A DNA stretch of 64,000 nt, taken from assembly GCF_040938485.1 (NCBI RefSeq), contig NW_027271593.1:496001-560000 (forward strand). Direction: 5' to 3'. The notes beneath the pieces are model-generated. The model was not told the DNA's origin. It was given only the letters and a program-made list of their open reading frames with translations, and ran no database searches. Source of the DNA: Diadema antillarum (Eukaryota). Position numbers and translations under genes: made by a program. Below are positions 61,901-64,000 of this stretch, piece by piece. How positions within the stretch are numbered: position 1 is the first letter of the stretch; each line of letters begins with the position of its first letter.

Positions 61901-63209
61901 TTTCGTAAAGTCTGAGTTCAACTGTTTTAGAATGAACAGGTGGACCTACACTCGAAATAAATAATCTTCATCATAAATCCCAATGTATTCAAAACTGAAA
62001 AAGACACACATACAAGGCCCCAAACTAACGAAATTCAGACTTCTTTTAAATTGAATGCAGATACTTGGAACTTGGTTGCCTATCCACGAATTTGAATGAC
62101 CGACGAGATTCATCTTCAGCTTAAGATGGATTTGAATGCTCATTGCTGAAATGCGTGCTCCTCTTTTAAAGGGACTGTACAGTTCTGGTTGAGGTGAGGA
62201 TTTAGCTTTTAACGTTTTGCGAGATATTCAGAAACCACTCTATGAGATGTCAAAATCATGCAATTCTAAGGGGTATCAAAAGTTTATTCGATGAAAGCCG
62301 GTTTTGAAATGGCTAAGATATCCAAAAACAAGGTGAAACAAAGACTATCCTAATAAAAGGCGTGGCCTGTCACCTTTTATTATTATCACTTTTTTGGATA
62401 TCTTAGCCATTTGAAAACCAATTCTCATCAAATAAACGTTGAATCCTTCTTAGAATTACATGTTCTTTCATATTTCATAACAGGTTTCTCATTATCTCAC
62501 TTAGAAATGTTGTAAACCTGAACCCCAACCTCAGCCAGTACTGTACAGTCCCTTTAAATTTGAATGCTGAGAGAGTGAATTTGAATGCTCCGATTCTGAA
62601 TTCCACTGGCCGGATTTGGAATTTAATTGCTGATCTATGCTATCATTTTGTATTATTACACGTATTTATATCAATGAATGCTCTTATAATTATCTTTGAT
62701 ACAAATTATTGTACTGTGTATTTCTAGGATTACCACTACACTACTATACGTTTTCCGCACCAAAGTTTTTGCAAAGTTTTTTTTTTCTTTCAATATCTGC
62801 ACCAAAGTTTGGATTCAGACTGTCTCTTTTTGATCTTTTCTTAAAACTTTTTGAACAGTAATCATATTAGCATTTCTGCGTAGAGGCCTTTTACGTTTTC
62901 AAGCTTAGATCCAAGCCTGAAAATGGTATTATGTATTAAAAAAACAAACACACTAACAAACAAAACAAAGTAAAATAAACAACAATAAACGACAACAAAC
63001 AAAACAACAACAAAACAACAACAAACATGACATACCAGAGCATTTAACATGTATTTTATAATTACCTCTTGTAGGGTAACCAGGATAAGATAGGCTTTGA
63101 GTATTTCATCTTCGATAGGCCTGTCAACAAAGAGATATATCATCACTGTAGTGATCAGACATGCGCAGTACCCGGCGCTTGCGAAAGCCATGTGGAACAC
63201 CGGACGAAC
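52959..63209 (-). CDS. TMEM116-like: TMEM116/GPR157 (cAMP-receptor-like) family 7TM protein, 5'-incomplete (TM2-TM7 plus C-tail, 370 aa)
   Basis: complement(join 63066-63209,61262-61366,59894-59943,58399-58482,57465-57498,56926-57015,56065-56116,55432-55521,54516-54601,52959-53336) = 1113 nt, all GT-AG with compatible phases and open to a TGA stop. Translation: VRPVFHMAF...LQEVFYLVIFF...CAYIISWTVPP...RLSLYLSTFFFCWAP...AVTAPNQGTLLALVYFW, which parallels TMEM116 IRPLFYLSF / RVRFYPVAFFCCWGP / ALTATSQGLLNCGVYGW (recalled from memory, not searched). The TM1 exon was not found in the window. Confidence 0.82.
53648..53962. mobile_element. MITE with TIR CTGCTGGAAAGAACACAGTGTC
   Basis: Perfect 22-bp inverted termini. 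Confidence 0.8.
53992..54503. mobile_element. Non-autonomous CACTA/EnSpm-like element (CACTG...CAGTG)
   Basis: AA|CACTGCAAAAA...TTTTTACAGTG|AA (2-bp TSD), with GGTGTTAAAT/TAACACC subterminal repeats. Confidence 0.85.
57776..57972. repeat. Foldback element with ~70-bp inverted arms
   Basis: TTATAATTATAAGAAGAATGAGTCTCAAATACGCCATCTGTAGATCCAACAAGAAGGTTTTTG and its reverse complement, around a ~60-bp spacer. Confidence 0.75.
60839..60986. mobile_element. Poly-G/C MITE, same family as 1609-1791, with 5-bp TSD
   Basis: TATGC|CAGGAGCGGATC...ACCGCCACTG|TACGC. Confidence 0.65.
62170..62553. mobile_element. Kolobok-like MITE (384 bp)
   Basis: TTAA|AGGGACTGTACAGT...ACTGTACAGTCCCT|TTAA. Confidence 0.85.
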
Positions 63210-63263
63210 CTGGAAATAAATCAATGCTCAGGTCAATGTCTATTTCACCTTAGTTTGCTTGTT

Positions 63264-63301
<38 letters not shown>

Positions 63302-63604
63302 CTTTTCTTGTTACATTTATCCAACACGGTCCAAGCGAAACATATGATGAAATCATTTATCCATTCTCGTATTTCACCCAGTATCATGTCTTAACTTACC
63401 ATACAATTATTTTGTTCAAATTCTTTTTTTTTTTCAATTCTCGCTATCGCCAATGACGTAAAAAGTACCCGGATGTGGCTTTTTCGTCAAGATAGTGCAC
63501 TTGGTAGCAAGGGCACTTCCGGCGCGGAGCATAATTTGCACAACGCTAGCGTGCGCGTACGTGTACCTTACCTATAGCGCAGCGCCGACCACGGATACTA
63601 GTAT

Positions 63605-63777
63605 ACTAATGATGCACAGGATAGAGTGTGTTAGTGAAGGTGCGGCGCGCTCGAGAGTATTGACAATGGTGCGACATGCACGAGGCGCAGCCGAGTGCAT
63701 GTTTGCAACCGCTGTCAATACTCGAGAGTGAGCCGCACCTTCACTAACGCCACGAAATAATCCTGTGCATCATTAGT
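63605..63777. mobile_element. Hairpin MITE
   Basis: ACTAATGATGCACAGGAT..GTTAGTGAAGGTGCGGC..CTCGAGAGTATTGACA is mirrored by its reverse complement. Confidence 0.75.
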
Positions 63778-64000
63778 TTTATAAAATGGGTCGAAAACTA
63801 ACAGCATTATTCACGTACCTTTGTGGGTCAATACCAGTCAGCTACATGTAACACTCGCTCAAAAGTCAAGATGTCCGAAGATGTTCGTCCCAAACATTTA
63901 CGCACGTCGCACTCGGAAATCCCGCTCACTCACCTAGTACTGTACGTACGTATAAGAGTATAAGCCGATTCGCAATCTCGGCGCGCATTGCATTGTGGGT

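Noticed and set aside
63210-64000. TM1/start exon of the 7TM gene
   Set aside because: The candidate donors at 63399, 63571 and 63818 are preceded by in-frame stops or non-hydrophobic sequence; the exon probably lies outside the window.

Overview
AT-rich metazoan genomic DNA with spliceosomal introns, many MITEs, SINEs and LINE fragments, and two N-gaps. It is probably from an invertebrate deuterostome such as a sea urchin (inference from the gene families and repeat types). Four protein-coding genes were reconstructed by hand from GT-AG junctions with consistent reading phases. (1) A 13-coding-exon secreted GH9 endoglucanase (+, CDS 10311-18052, 952 aa) has THREE tandem CBM2-like modules and a Thr-rich linker; its catalytic residues are intact but it has unusual substitutions in two signature motifs. 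(2,3) A tandem pair of compact Dispatched-like RND/SSD transporters (+, CDS 23867-33395, 1013 aa; 39273-48849, 1080 aa) sits in a ~13-14 kb segmental duplication. The second copy has had its C-terminus replaced by ~87 codons read in frame from an inserted CACTA/EnSpm-like element. (4) A 5'-incomplete TMEM116/GPR157-like 7TM gene (-, 10 exons, 52959-63209) is almost invisible in the ORF track. No CRISPR array, rRNA or true tRNA gene was found.
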